Positions 27,952-43,000 of a DNA stretch of 64,000 nt are shown piece by piece; within the stretch, counting starts at the first letter, position 1; every line of letters starts with the position of its first letter. A program made the position numbers and the translations under genes. The notes under the pieces were generated by a model. The model made no database searches. It was not told the origin of the DNA and worked only from the letters and a program-made list of their open reading frames with translations. The stretch spans positions 30,380,001 to 30,444,000 of the forward strand of contig OZ024753.1 of NCBI GenBank assembly GCA_964016885.1, read 5' to 3'. Source of the DNA: Eledone cirrhosa. Its lineage: Eukaryota.

Positions 27952-30900
27952 CTGCTTCAACTACAAAACACAATCAAAAACAAAATATATTATACACTTA
28001 TCATATCATATATCTATTATACACACGACATATCATTTATATATTGTACACATGACATATCATATATCTATTATACACACGACATATCATTTATATATTG
28101 TACACATGACATATCATTTATATATTATAAACTAAATTTAGCATTTATCAACTGATAAACTATGGAATAAAATTGAAAACATCTGTTATAGATACAAGAT
28201 TTATATTTAAATAGACTGATATATTATATATATACCCAGGGAGTGTAACATGAAGTTACTGTAGGTTCACCCAGGTGAACACTCGATGTTTATATATATA
28301 TATAGAGAGAGAGAGCACATAAGCTTTACTTTACTTTTGTCTCAGCACCTGGTGAATAAATGTCACCAATGACGAATAAAAATCCAGAAACATGTGCCTG
28401 ACATTTTCATCAGTTACTGAGATAGCTGTGACATGATCACAGCTTAAAATATCCATAGTGATACTCTTGTATGTTTCTTATACATAAATATATCATATAT
28501 GCTTTCATATACATCTCTATTATTGCTGTACTACTTTTAGTAGGACTGTGAATTCAAGTCCAGCCTTGTGCAATTTTTCTCTAAAATGAAAATAATGATG
28601 TAGTACAGAATATTAAGATTTGTTGAAGCTTTACTAATATAATTTTAGCCCTTTAGCATTTACATTGGTTTATATATACTATTGTATTTTCAAAGTAAAG
28701 GCTTTACCTCACATAATTATCTCACATAATATTGAATCTGAGATTTCGATATTGTTTATTTTGAGAACAATACCTCAATGTTAGTATGAGTGGCCGGTTA
28801 CGGCTGTTTTGAACAGAAAGAGGTAAGAGAATTCTGGCCAGATATGGCTGCTTTAAATGCTAAAGGGTTAAATTCACTTACAAGACTTTGGTCAACTTGA
28901 TGCTATGGTAAAGTCACTTGCCAAAAATGTCATAGTGGGATCAAACCTGGGACCTTATGATTATGAAATGAACTCTTAACCATTCAGCCATGCCTGTGTT
29001 CACTGCTAGTATATATTCACTATAAATGTCAGACTAATACTAAAATGTTGTAGTTTGCTTGAAGCATTGTATCTAAATATAATATATAATGTGGAAAGTT
29101 ATATAAGGCTAAACAATACAAAATGGACGATAAGATGAAGGTAACAAAACATTTAGCTACCTGGTAATCTTTGTTTGTTTTTGTTGCTGTTGTTTCTTTT
29201 GTCCTAATATTTCAGGACTTAAAACTAATACATTTATTTTTTTTTATTTTTAAATATTCACTTGGACATTCTATTATAAACATTTGAATTATTTACTGGT
29301 ATATTTCTAATTTTGAACTATTATAGAAATAATAATAATTTCATTTTGTTATTTTCTATTTGAAGGGTGAAACCATTTAATCTCTCCAGTATCAATGTTG
29401 ATAACCTTAAAAAGAAGGTACGGCACCTTGAGGATGACAACTTGCAACTGCGACTTGAGGTAAGTTAAAATGAAATCTAACAACAAAAGGGGCTCGTTAG
29501 AGCATATATACAGGGGACCACAAAAACACTTTGAGCTTGATTTTCACATTGATGTTTTCTGAGCAACAAAAGGGGCACACATCGAGTGTCTATGATATCA
29601 ACCAATACCACATATTAACAACTAGGAAAAAATTAGAAATAAGAGGGATCAGATGTTGTTTACTCGAGAGAAGGCTACGTTGGTATGGTCACGTGATGCG
29701 CATGAAAGACGACAGCTGTATAACAAAGTGCAGGGCAATAAAGATAGACGGTAGCCACGGAGTAGGCAGACCCAGAAAAACATGGGACGAGCTGATAAAT
29801 TCCGACCTCACACACACACACCTCTCCAAGACAATGTTACTGGACCGAGACCTTTGGCGGTACTCAGTAATAGAGAAGACCCGCCTTACCTAAATACAAA
29901 GTAAAAACCTACTACAGTCAGTAGGCATGTCTATCAAAACACACCCCCGTCCCACCACCTCCACCCCATCCACACCGCCCCTTTCAATGTAAAGTTATGT
30001 TGGTGCCACACCATCCAGGCCGAAACAAATGAGATCGTGTAGGTGTCACGACAAAAAAACACACAGTCCACGCTGTAATGTGGCCGTGTAGGCAACACGG
30101 TAAAAACCTCCCAGCCCCACACTGTAAATGTGGTTGGTGTTAGGAAGGGCATCCAACTGTAGAAAACCCACCAGACAGTCCTATGCGAGCAAGACAACCA
30201 CTCTTGCCTCAAGTGGGAAAACCCCCGTCCAAACCCATGCAAGCGTGGAACACGGACGCTAAACCTGATGATGATGATATTAATAACTATATATTGATAA
30301 CTGTGAACTTTTTCACAGTGTAAATCATTATTTATAAAGTACTTTTTGTTGTTCATATTGACATAATTTCATTTTGTTCTTGCAGACTTCCCAGTTGGCA
30401 TCAGTCACTGAGGACTATGAAGAGAAAGAAGAGAAGTTGGTGCAAGATTGCCTCAAGCAGCTTGGTAAGAACTCATTGGATTCTTTCTTCCTCTATTTTC
30501 ACATCTGTTTTTCCATGCTTGCATGTGTTGGACTTTAATTTTTGGACAGGGATTTTTCTGGCTGGGAACTTTACCTATCACCAACCACTTTACAGCATGG
30601 ACTGAATCTATTTTATCATGCCATCAGCACTAGAGAGGTTCTCTGACATCAGAACTACCTCCTGGCATGATGGACTGGGTGAATTTTATTGTGGCACTGG
30701 CACCAGCACTTTACAGAGTGGACTGGGTGCATTTTATCATGCCATCACTACTTGACAGGTTCTGTGACACCAGAACTACCACCTGACAGACTGGATGGAC
30801 TAGGTGCATTTTATTGAGGCACTATAACTTTACAGAGTGGACTGGGTGCATTTTATTATGCCATCAGCACCAGAGAGGTTGTCTGACACCAGAACTACCA

Positions 30901-33900
30901 CCTAACAAGACAGACTGGGTGTTTTTTTTTTTATTGTGGAACTAGCACTAGCACAATACAGAGTGGGCCAGGTGCATTTTATTGTGACACCAGTACTATT
31001 ACTTTATGGTATGGGATGAGTGGACTTTATTGTGGCACAAACACAGACATTTAACACTGCCTAGAAGTTTGGGAGTAAAAATCAACATTCATGCCATTAG
31101 GTACCTATGTATATAACTTATGAAATATGTAAATAAATATCTAAACAATTGGAGTTCATGTTGGAATAATGATAAACTAGATATGTATTGTTTTTATGTG
31201 AAAATTGACATTTTAATTGATTTTAAAAAAATTTGTTTTCATCCTATCTGAAATTGTTAGGAAATGTCATTGCATTGATAAATATCTCTCTAATTGATTG
31301 TCTTCATTTTCATGGTTGCAGCTGATGTCAACAGTCAGCTTGAAGTCTTCTCTGATGAGTTGGCCCGCAAAACAGAAGAGAGTTCACGCCAGAAAGAAGA
31401 GATTACAAGTCTTCTTTCCCAGGTTGTGGATCTACAGAGAAAAAACAGAGAGGTGTGTATGTTTTTATATTTATTATTCAGTTTCTTGGCAGAATTGTTA
31501 GAGTGCCAGACAAAATGCATTGAGTATTTAGTTATGGCTATTTATGTTCTGAGTTCAAATCCCACCAAGGTCAATTTTGCCATTTATCCTTCTGGAGCTG
31601 ATAAAATAATACACCAGTCACAAACTGGGTTTGATATATTCGACTTTCCCTTCTCCACAAAATATTTCTCCTGTGCCTAATCATTATTTAAGGATGGTTA
31701 ATTGGCGGAATCATTAATGCATGGGATGAAATGTCTTAAATATTTCTTTTGGATCTTGATCCAGCTTTTGTTGTTAAAAGTTTGAATGTCTTGATCTTGT
31801 TTCATAAAATCAGTTAATAATTCATTGATAGAAATTGAACAGTTATTTCCTATTTTTTTCATAGTCTTGTTATCCTCTGAGAAAAATTATTTGCTTGTCT
31901 TTTCAGGTCTCTGTAGAGAATTTAGATTACAGTAAAAAACTTGAGGCATTCAAGGATACACAACACAAGTTAGCCAAAGAAGTGAGTGTTAAATTTAATT
32001 ACTTTAGTTATTTTTCAAAATAGAACCCAAATCAGAACCTATAAGAAGAGGATCAGTCAATACACCAAATCTGGGACCTGGAGGACTAAGGAGAGTCTTG
32101 TAAATGTCTAGCCTACCCCACTCACCAATTTGTGTAAAAAAAAAAATATATTCTTCACTTTTTTCTTTGTTTTCAGTTATCTGAGTGGCAAGATCGGTAT
32201 GATGAATTGTTAGAATTATTTGAAGAAGTTCAAGATGAGTTACGGACATTACGCCGTAAACACAAACCAAGTGCCTCAAAGCACTATATGTCTACATCTT
32301 CGTTAATGAGGGGAGACTCCCTTGCATCTGAACTTGAGTCATCAATGCGAGGTGAGATAGAATATCCAGCTGGTTACTCCCCGGCTGAGAGAAGGTAAAA
32401 TACAAATATTACTTTTTAACTAGCATTCAAAATGTATTAATTTATCATCACCATCATCATCAACAACATCATCATCACCACCATCGACATCATCACCATC
32501 ACCATCATTATCATCATTATTTTTTTGACATTTGTTCTCTCTGCTCGCAAGAGTTGGAATCAAAAGATATTACATATATCTTACTAATGACTTTACATCT
32601 AAAACTGCTAATTGTACTATCAATATAGTTAATGAATGCAGTTAATCATTTTCACAACCAACCTGCTTGAAATGATCCCTTTATTCTGTGATATAAGAGC
32701 GGCGGAATGTTAAAAATCTTTATATTTATTTGAAAACCTTCCATCATAATTTATATAAGAACCTTTATAATCCAGACATCGGATTGCTAATGGGAAAGTT
32801 AGTTATGTTATGAAATTCTTGATTCGATCCAAAATTATTTGAAAAACATGGGCAGTGCCTTTCATTATAAATATGGTAACAAAAGGGTTAAGCTTGTTGT
32901 CATTGTTTCTTGTGTTAAGAATGTCACCTTGATGTTTATGTTTTGTTCTCATTCTAGAATTCATAACTGGAAAATCTTTGAGACTGCTCGTGCTGCCAAA
33001 AAAGCATCCCAAAGAATGAAAGATAAGCGGAATAGTTCTCTTTTCTTGAAAGCTGCAGGTGGTGACAGTACACCTGGATCTGCTAGTGTATCAGTGAGAA
33101 GTTCCCTCTATTTGTCTGACGGAGAATCCTTTATTAGTGATGGCTACAATGCTGATTTGGACAGTATGTCTGGGTAAGTAACTATTGTGATATTTTAGAA
33201 ATGGCACTAACATAGCCTTTTTCATCATCATAGAGGTGTATATGGAAGTGTAAACGATATCATCATCATCATCATCATTTCATTTTACGTCCGCTTTTTC
33301 CCTGCTTGCAAGGGTGAGACGGTAACTGATTCTGGCTTGGTTTCTACAGCTGGATGCCCTTCCTAACACCAACCTCATTTACAGTGAGTGCTGGGTGCTT
33401 TTTTGCCGTGGCACCTCCACGACCACTTTGCAGTGGAATGATAGGGACCTCAGTCCCTATCATCTCATTTCTACAGCTGAGTAAACTGGAGCAATGTGAA
33501 ATAAAGTGTCTTGCTCAAGGAAACAACACATCACCCGGTCTGAGAATTGAACTCACAACCTTTCGATTGCAAGGCCAATGCTCTAACCACTAAGCCATGT
33601 ATGTATAATAAACATATGAGAGTCTTGCAATAAATTTGTGATATTGTTACTGGATCTAAGATCAAATACCTACTGACATTTATGCTTCATCTTCCTGAGG
33701 TTAGCTTTGCCTTTCATCGTTACTTGGTCGATAAAATAAAGTACCAGTAATGTACTGGGGTCGATTTAAATGACTTTCCTATCCCCACCAAAACTGTTAG
33801 ACTTGTGCCTAAATCAGAAACCATTATTTTCATTTTGGCAATTTTAAAATATTTATTTCAGTCTATTTCATTTATTTGCATAATTATTTGTTAGTTTTTT

Positions 33901-34716
33901 GGTTTTTTTAAAATATATATTTATGCTAATAGGCAGAGTTGTTAGAGAGTTTGATTTGACAAAATATTTTGCAGCATTTAGTTATGATCCTTACGTTCTG
34001 AATTCAAATTCTGCTCAGGTTAACTTTGCTTTTTATCCTTATGGGGTCGATAAAATAAAGAGTTGGTGTAATTGACTCCTCCCCTCCCCCCTCAAATTGT
34101 TGGCCTTGTGTCTATATTAGAAATCAATATATTTCTTTATGCTGCTGGAAAAATCTGGTCTAAATTTATAATTTCTTTACAAAATAGAATAGAATTCTTA
34201 TTGAATATATTTTTTAAAATCCCCCAAAACTAGTATAACACCACATGGATTGTAGTTAAATTTTTATATCACACACCATTTTATTTATAGTTTTGTTTTC
34301 TGAAAAAAAATTAAACATGTCAAAATTTCTCTTGATCTTTGATTCCAGTCATCCTAGGATTTTATTTTATTTTCCATTTTGTTTTTAACTGTTTCGTAAA
34401 AAACTATATTTCTCAATTTCAAAAATTTTCAACAACATATATATATATGTCTATTTTTCAAGATGGCCGTCTTTCAGAGCTAACAGGTATTGTACATTTC
34501 CCAGCTGAACATTGCCTTGACTACATATGTATAATCTAGTGCTTGGGAAAAAAAAAATCCCACATTTCCAGAGTTTCTCAGCTAACATTTGCTAATATAT
34601 TATAGAAATCTGATATACTTCTTCATTAGATTTAAGGTATCAAAGCTACTTAATAGTCATCATTCTTCTCAAGATGGAGGGGTCCTTTAAGTAAATATAT
34701 ATAAATATATATACAT

Positions 34717-34769
<53 letters not shown>

Positions 34770-35967
34770 GATTGAGATAGATGAGTAGAATCACATATAT
34801 TTTTTTATATTCTTTCTCTGTCTCTTTTTTTCACTCTAAGACACACACAAACACATACAACATTGCACTTTAGTAAAAACAAGATATATTCTGCAAACAC
34901 AAATTTGTGAGTAGTTTCCAGAAAACTTCATAAATGGTTGTCCAGAATATTATAATAAATGTTTTGAAAGAAGTTGTAATAAGACTTTGAAAATTTGGAA
35001 GTTGTAATAAAGCTCTGAAAATCTGGAAATTGTGATAAAGCTCTGGAAATCTGGAAGTTGTAATAAAGCTCTGGAAATCTGGAAGTTGTAATAAAGCTCT
35101 GGAAATCTGGAAGTTTTAATAAAGCTCTGGAAATCTGGAAGTTTTAATAAAGCTCTGGAAATCTGGAAGTTTTAATAAAGCTCTGGAAATCTGGAAGTTT
35201 TAATAAAGCTCTGGAAATCTGGAAGTTTTAATAAAGCTCTGGAAATCTGAAAGTTTTAATAAAGCTCTGGAAATCTGGAAGTTTTGATAAAGCTCTGAAA
35301 ATCTGGAAGTTTTAATAAAGCTCTGAAAATCTGGAATTTTGTGCTTATATTTCCAGTGCTTTTGTATGTAGTATACTTTATTTTGCATTATTTTAAATAA
35401 ACACTTTTCTCAGTTCAGGAGTAAAACAACTTTATATTGAAGAGTCAAATATTATAAAACTGTACAATTAACATGTCATCACAGACTAGAACAGTAAAAT
35501 AACTTCTTAAATTTAATAAGACCCTATTTTATTTGGCTTGTTATTTTATATAATTATACTCATTTTAAATTCTGTAATTGTCTAGCTTAAGTATCAAAAT
35601 ATGTCAGCCATTATATTCTTCTTTTGTATATAGATCGAATATAATAAATATAAACATCAGTTATGTGATCTCATATTTGGCTGTTGTCCTTTACTGTAAG
35701 AAACCACATTAGCAGAACATTTTCGTGAAGTACAAAATAGCTCTATAATTACATCATATTAAAAATTGAAGTCTTTGCTCTAATATTGCAAATTTTCCAC
35801 AATGGTCTGTACATTAGTAAAGATATTGTAGACATTCTAATTTACAAACACACTTTTTAGGCAATTTCTTCTAAATCATTACAAGATGTTAGATTTAAAT
35901 ATCAGATAACGATTTTTTAACATTTATTTCATATATATTTCTTTGTGTATATATATATTTATATATA

Positions 35968-36009
<42 letters not shown>

Positions 36010-38265
36010 CATACACAATGAAAATTACATATGGGCGAAGACAGGAAAATTAACAAATACAGACAGTAGTCCCATCTCATCAGTCGACTGATAGAAATAC
36101 ATTGTTTTGATGGGTTTTTTTCCCTTTAGCATTTAAACCGGCCGTATCTGGCCAGAATTCTCTCATCTCTTATTGTTCAAACTGACCATATCCGGTTGCT
36201 CATACTTATGTTAAGGTATTCTCAAAATAAATGATATCAAAATCTCATAGCTTCGCTATTATGTGAGATAAAGCCTGTACTGGGAAAAAACAATAGTAAA
36301 TATAGAGTAATATAAATGCTAAAGGGTTAATGTGACCTTGAAATAAACGAAGTTGAAAACCAAAGGACAGTCTAAACAAAAGGCACTTTGAAATGTATTT
36401 AAACTTTTCTAAGAATGCAGAAATCCAGATTTTTTTTTCTTCTCTTTCTGTTTGAAAGTAATTCTCTTCAAATATGTAAGTTGGTGTGTGAATGTGTACT
36501 TCACTAGTTCATCCTCTTCAGACTCTTGGGCAAGCAGAGGTTAATAATTATTTTACTGGGATGCCATTTTTATTTCTTGATGTCTGAGTTATTGCCTAAA
36601 TTAGAAACCATTATCTCTATCAGCTGGCAAGAGCTGGGTAAATTATAGACCTGAAAAAATCCATCTAAGCAGTTCAGCTTACTTCAAAATATGCAACTGT
36701 AAGCATTTCCTTTCCTTTTTTTTTTTTTTTTGCTGACTCCACTGTTCTGCTTATCTTTGCCCCTTGGTTAAGCTTTGATCAGGTGTTGGACCCATGATGA
36801 TACAGTTGTGGGTTCAATTCCTGGACTGGGTGGTGCATTGTATTCTTGAACAAGATGCTTCATTTCATGTTGCTTTTCATGATAGGACTTAAGGACCCTA
36901 TCATTAAAACACCCCAGATACAACATCGTAGAAGGCCAGCTAAGCCTGCATAGGAGTGAGCTGTAATTTCTTTTTTTTTTTCTTTTTTCATAACTTGATT
37001 CACTGCATACAGTGCTGGATTTAGGACAAAGAGGCCCTATGCTAGTTAAGTTATGAGGCCCCAAACATTTGAAAAATTCATTGTAAAAGATTTTGGGGGC
37101 TGGAAGATGGGTCCCTGCTGGTCAAAGGGGCCCTGTGTGTGCTTAAGCACACCTAAGCACAATGGTAAATCTGGCATTGACTGCATATAAACTCTTCTTT
37201 TTACAGATGAATTTATTATAAAATATGGAAGCCAGCTGCTCTTTGTCTTCATTAGAATTTTAAAAAAATATAAAATCTGTCACAGTTTGACTGAGATTTA
37301 GATCTATCTAATTGAGAGCTAAATAAGAATGTTTGTTAATTAATTAAGACTACATCTTATGAAATGTAACTCTTAACATCCTGTACCACATAAAACCACA
37401 TTAGCATGACATTCTTGAAAAGTACAAAACAGAAATATGATTGCATCATATTAAAATGTAAATTATCACAATGATCTGTTCACTAGTATACACCTTACAA
37501 ACATTTGAATTAACAGACCACATTAAATCACATTAGCAGGACATCCTTGAAAAGTACAAAACAGCATTGACTGCATCACATTAAAAATTAAAGTCTTTAC
37601 CCTTATACTGCATATTTTCACAACAATCTGTTCACTAGTAAAGTTACTATAACCTTTTAGCATTTAAATTGACCATATAAGACCAGAATTCTCTCACCTC
37701 TTTCTTTTCAAACCGGTTGTAACTGGCCATTCATACTGTTTGCTCAGTTTTAGAATGCTGAGGGACAGTAGTTCAGCTATAACATATGATATTTTCTCTG
37801 GATTAAAAATGTATGTGAATGAGAGAGATAAAACATTTAAAAAACATCTTATTTCTGCTTCTAGTACAGTTTATTTACTGATCTTTGCTTTTTACTCTTA
37901 TTTCATAAATTCTAGCAACCTGACACGAACCAGGCCTGTTTATGAAGATATTTTATTACAAACTTTTAACTATAACAAGTATTAGCAGGATATCCAGTAT
38001 TACCTAGGAAATAAAACACTTAGTGGGTGGCCAATTTGTTGAAAGAAACTCGTAGGCATTCTGCATAAATTTATTCTTTCAAATTCAATGTATATATTCT
38101 TTGCAACAGACACATGGTTTATTTTTATTCTTAAAATTTTACTTGCATTTCAATAACCTATAATAGTAAAACATTCAAAGGCATTCCAGCCATCAGAATC
38201 CAGTGAATATATCTTTAATATTTATTTATATATATATATATAATATACAGGGTGTATTAAAAAGA

Positions 38266-38322
<57 letters not shown>

Positions 38323-38699
38323 AAGAGTTGGGACCCGACCGGCTGAGCTCTTTCCATTTCAACAGCTAGTTCCAGACTATATATATATATAAAGTGTATA
38401 TATATATATATACATTAGTTTGCTCTAATCTGTGATGACTGTGATTTAGCTCCTCATTTTTAACAACTTTAAACTCTTTTTATTTGCCTTCATTTGTTTT
38501 GCTTAGCAATTTTGAGCTTCTTTTGAAATTTGTTGAAGCATGAATTAATTAAACTAAAAAAAAAAAAAAACTAGCTTAATCTGGCCTTCAGTTCGTAGTC
38601 GTGTGAGCGTGTGTTGTTTGGTTGCTGTGTCTACTATTATTCTATTGCTATTTCAGCTGCAGTTGGTGTTTCATAAGTCTGCACAATTCTCTTGTTATA

Positions 38700-38747
<48 letters not shown>

Positions 38748-39090
38748 TTTGGTTTTGTTTATTCAGTTGTAGTGTCAAGAAACTGAGCAACTGATTTAGC
38801 AACAGAATTTCTCAAGACATCAAGATATATTTCCTGTATAAACAGGTTTTATATAGAAAACAATGAACAAAGCAAAGAATTTAATTTAATTCAGATGACT
38901 GATATGTAAAATACATTCTACTTATACTTATTTTCCTTAGTAAAATAGAAACTTGGTTATATATATATTAAAATACATATTGGCAGTAACATTTATGTCT
39001 GTCTATATTTTAATATAACAAAGTTACTATATTTAGTGTTTTAGTTAGATTTAAGTATGCTCTCCCTCTCTCCCCCCCTCTCCCGCTCTC

Positions 39091-39137
<47 letters not shown>

Positions 39138-39995
39138 CATATCACTGACGGGTTGATAAAATATCATTCCCTAGGGATATACACGACCTCAAGAAACTTG
39201 AACATAAGGAGCCATATATATATATATATATATATATACTGTGACCTCTGGCGTCACGAAGTAATACAGAAGACCCGACACCCCCATGGGTACAAGCCGA
39301 AGCTGAAGCATATAGACAATATGCCCCCACACTCTCCCACTGCAAAGTGGTCGTGGAGGTGCCACGGAAAAAAAGCACCCAGCACTCACTGTAAATGAGG
39401 TTGGTGTTAGGAAGGGCATCCAGCTGTAGAAATCAAGCCAGAATCAGTTCCTGTATGAGCAAGACAAGGTCAGCCGACCGGACACTGCTCACAACAAGAC
39501 AACCCGTCTAACCCATGCTAGCGTGGAAGAACAGACATAAAACAGTGATGATGATGATACATATATATATGGGAAGTGAATTGGCCGAGTCATTAGTGTG
39601 CAGTTAGAATACGTTGCAGTGTTTCTTCTCTCTCTCAAATTAGCTGTAGCCAGGCATACTATATCACAATAGCGCCTGTACAACCCTATCAGAAGTTGAG
39701 GGCTAAAGGAAAGAGTGATTATATATATATATGATGTATATATAAAGGGTTGTGAGGACTCTTCAATCACTTCAAAGATATATCAGCCCCCTTCCTAGTG
39801 CTGACACCACAATAAAATGCACCCAGTTCACTCTGTAGAGTGCGGGGACATATGTAAGCAAGATGTGGACCCCCCCCCCCCCCCCCCCCCGGCTCATTTG
39901 AGAGGTCAGTAGCTCTAAGTACTGATTTATTCTGTGATGACATCTCCAACCCTTCATATTAAGGAAAACATGTTAAATGATGTTGATTATATATG

Positions 39996-40062
<67 letters not shown>

Positions 40063-43000
40063 TTTTTATATTGAAGAATATTTGAGAATCTTTTTCTTGA
40101 ATCAGTCATCTACAAAAATCAAAATATAACATGAAATGATAAAGAATTTTAATTTCTGTTGCTAGATCAATTCAACTTTTTCCTGTTTTTTTTTTTCCTT
40201 TTCATTTTTTTCTGGTCAGTATGGCCTTCTGGTATCAAACAGAAATAATTAATTCTAGTTTGGATAGTTAATTAAAAACACTACCCAAGGATTACTTTGC
40301 AGCTTCTGTCCTATATAAATAAGCTTAGAAATCAATGAACAAGATCACAGACCTTATTCACTTCCTGAGTGTTGTGGGACTCGTCAAATCAGACCAAGGA
40401 AACAATGTCTCCATTGGTCTTTTCACTGCTGACGCTATCTACCAGTCTCAAGTCTTAGCAGAAAGAGCAGCGTGAAATAGTGCCTTGCTCAAGAACAAAA
40501 TGCATTGGGTGGACCAGGGATTGAACTAACAACCTCACAATTCTCTAACCACTAAGCCACACACCGCCACTTAAATATGTACATTCTGATTTGTCCATAG
40601 GTCTTGAATCTTGTATTTAATATCATTTAGCAAGCTTCTTCAGACATGTTCCTTCTAGAAATAGATAATCTTTTCTTTGTCAGTTTAAGCTGTGATACAA
40701 CCTTTAATTCTACATTTACAGTTTAAAATATCATAGTAATATATTTGATTGTTACTTAATAAGATCCCTGCTCAACCTTCTGAATTCTGTCAGTATTGTT
40801 GTATCTAAACTTTTATTGATATTATAGAGAAAGGTGTTAATATAAGGGTTGCTGTTAAAATAACAAATAAACGTCTTGTCGTTTATTAGAAATTTTTCTT
40901 TCTGTGTAAGTGTTGTGTCACTATAGACCTATTTCCAGGTTTTTGTGCTGGGTGGGAGTATTCTGGGTGGCTACTCTAATAAGCAATAATTCTAAGGTGT
41001 AAAGTTTTCTAAATCTGAGGTTTCCCCATTGAAAAGTAGGAAGGAGGAGGAACGGAGCCATCCAGTACCCCATCTCCACACCTTAGCGATGGGCTCATGT
41101 CATGAGTATATCCATTCAGTGAGAAAGTTACTGGTTTCTACAGACATGGCTGTGCAGTTAAGAAGTTTGCTTCACAACTACATAGATCCAGTTCCTATCC
41201 CATTGTGCCTGACTTGGGCAAGTATTCTCTACCAAAACCTCAGATTTACCAATACTTGATGAGTGGAATTTGGTAGATGGAAACTGTGTAGAAGCCAGTT
41301 TGTGTGTGTTTGTTCTCTGCGTATGTGTTTAGATCTTTATAATGTTACACTAGAAAAGTTTAAATATATCTTTACCTATTCTTAAATTATTCTTCCAAAT
41401 CTTTTCAAAATGATTCTGTAATAAATATAAAAAGAAAGAAAAAGACATAGCAATATCATAAGACTTTCACAGATCTTTAATCTTCTTTCATTAAAATAAT
41501 GCATGGAAGTATTGAGTTGAGCAATATAGTCTCATGCCGGGCTTAACAGTTTAGTTTAACCTTTTTGATACCAATCTGGTCAAAACCAGTTCTGGTTCTA
41601 TGAAATAAAATCACCTGTTTTAAAGGGTTCCTATTTAAATTAAAATCTCCCAACATAATTTTATACAACCATATGTTAACTTACTATCTTAGTAATGAAA
41701 TAATTAATAATTTTAGTAAATCTCTCAAAATTCTTTATTATTAATTGAAACAGAACATATTAGCATGGGCACAGAAGAGTTAATTCTATCACATTCTGTT
41801 TCTAAATCCTACCAAGGTGAATAAACTGAATATTCTGATTGACTGGCTGATTAATCATTGATCAGCTGTATATATAATAATAATAATGAAATTATTATGT
41901 AAAGTGCTCAGGTGCACTATAACTCGTCAAAGGTGTATGTATAGTACATAGAATAATACAAAAATGTTTCCGAAAGTCATGGGAACTGTGCTGTTTTCTG
42001 ACTTTGTGGGCATGTCCACGTGTGTTAGACACATGGAAGTATAAAAAGTATAAAAAATAAGCAATAAAATATCAGTATAAATTTCCATTAACAGTTCTTC
42101 AATTAATATGAAACTAACTTGTTCATTAATATCTTTAATTAACTCTAATATCTTTAATTAACTCAAATATCTTCTTGGTATATAATTTTCTTTACTTGAT
42201 TTCCTAAACTCTGATCTGAATTCTGATCTTTAGAATGAAATAGTTTTACTTCAAATCTGTATCATACGAGAAAGGACAAATTTGTAGTTCAAAAGACTTG
42301 AAGTAATCAGAAAAATTACTTGGAATTCATAAAAAGTGAATGCAAACAATTATTGCTTCCATGTTATTGAGTGTATCATATTATGAACCAGAATTGTATA
42401 TCTCTGAAGAATTCACATCTTCAAAACCATAAATACAGAAGCATTTTGTTTTGGATATGTCCCTTTTTTTATTATTTGTTTGCAATATCATCTAGCTGTT
42501 TCACCAATCTTCCAAATAAAAGTGTGCAATTATTCTTATTAACATTTTCCTTGCCGTGCCCTACAGTTCCAACTCTACTAACATCGGCCGTCCTGGTGTG
42601 CCTGGGTCCAATGATTTAGAGACAGCCCTACGACGTTTGTTGGTCAAACGACCGTGGGATATATATGATAAAGATGGTAAGAGTTCTACTGACTCTAGTA
42701 AAGAGAATGAAAAGCCCCAAATCTCTTTGGATCAGACATTCAGGTTGGCAAAATTCTTTCACTTTTCTTTTCTACCAATTCACACTGTACCAATTAACCA
42801 ATTCATGGAACCAATTGCTTTTTTTTTTTAAATCTATTTCATTGAATATTTTTCTTGATTTTGTTTAAGTTATACTAATATATTTTTTATATATGTTTTG
42901 TAAACCTCTTTATATTAATATATTTTTATACACTATATGGTTGGGGTGAGCTTAATAGCTTCTGCAAGATAAACTTTATATTTTTTATTTGAGATCTTGC

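Noticed and set aside
29531-29893. 120-aa ORF as a host gene
   Set aside because: It is the C-terminus of a truncated RTE LINE reverse transcriptase.
38767-38794. Possible poison or terminal exon CSVKKLSN* after attcAG
   Set aside because: No convincing donor or polyadenylation context.
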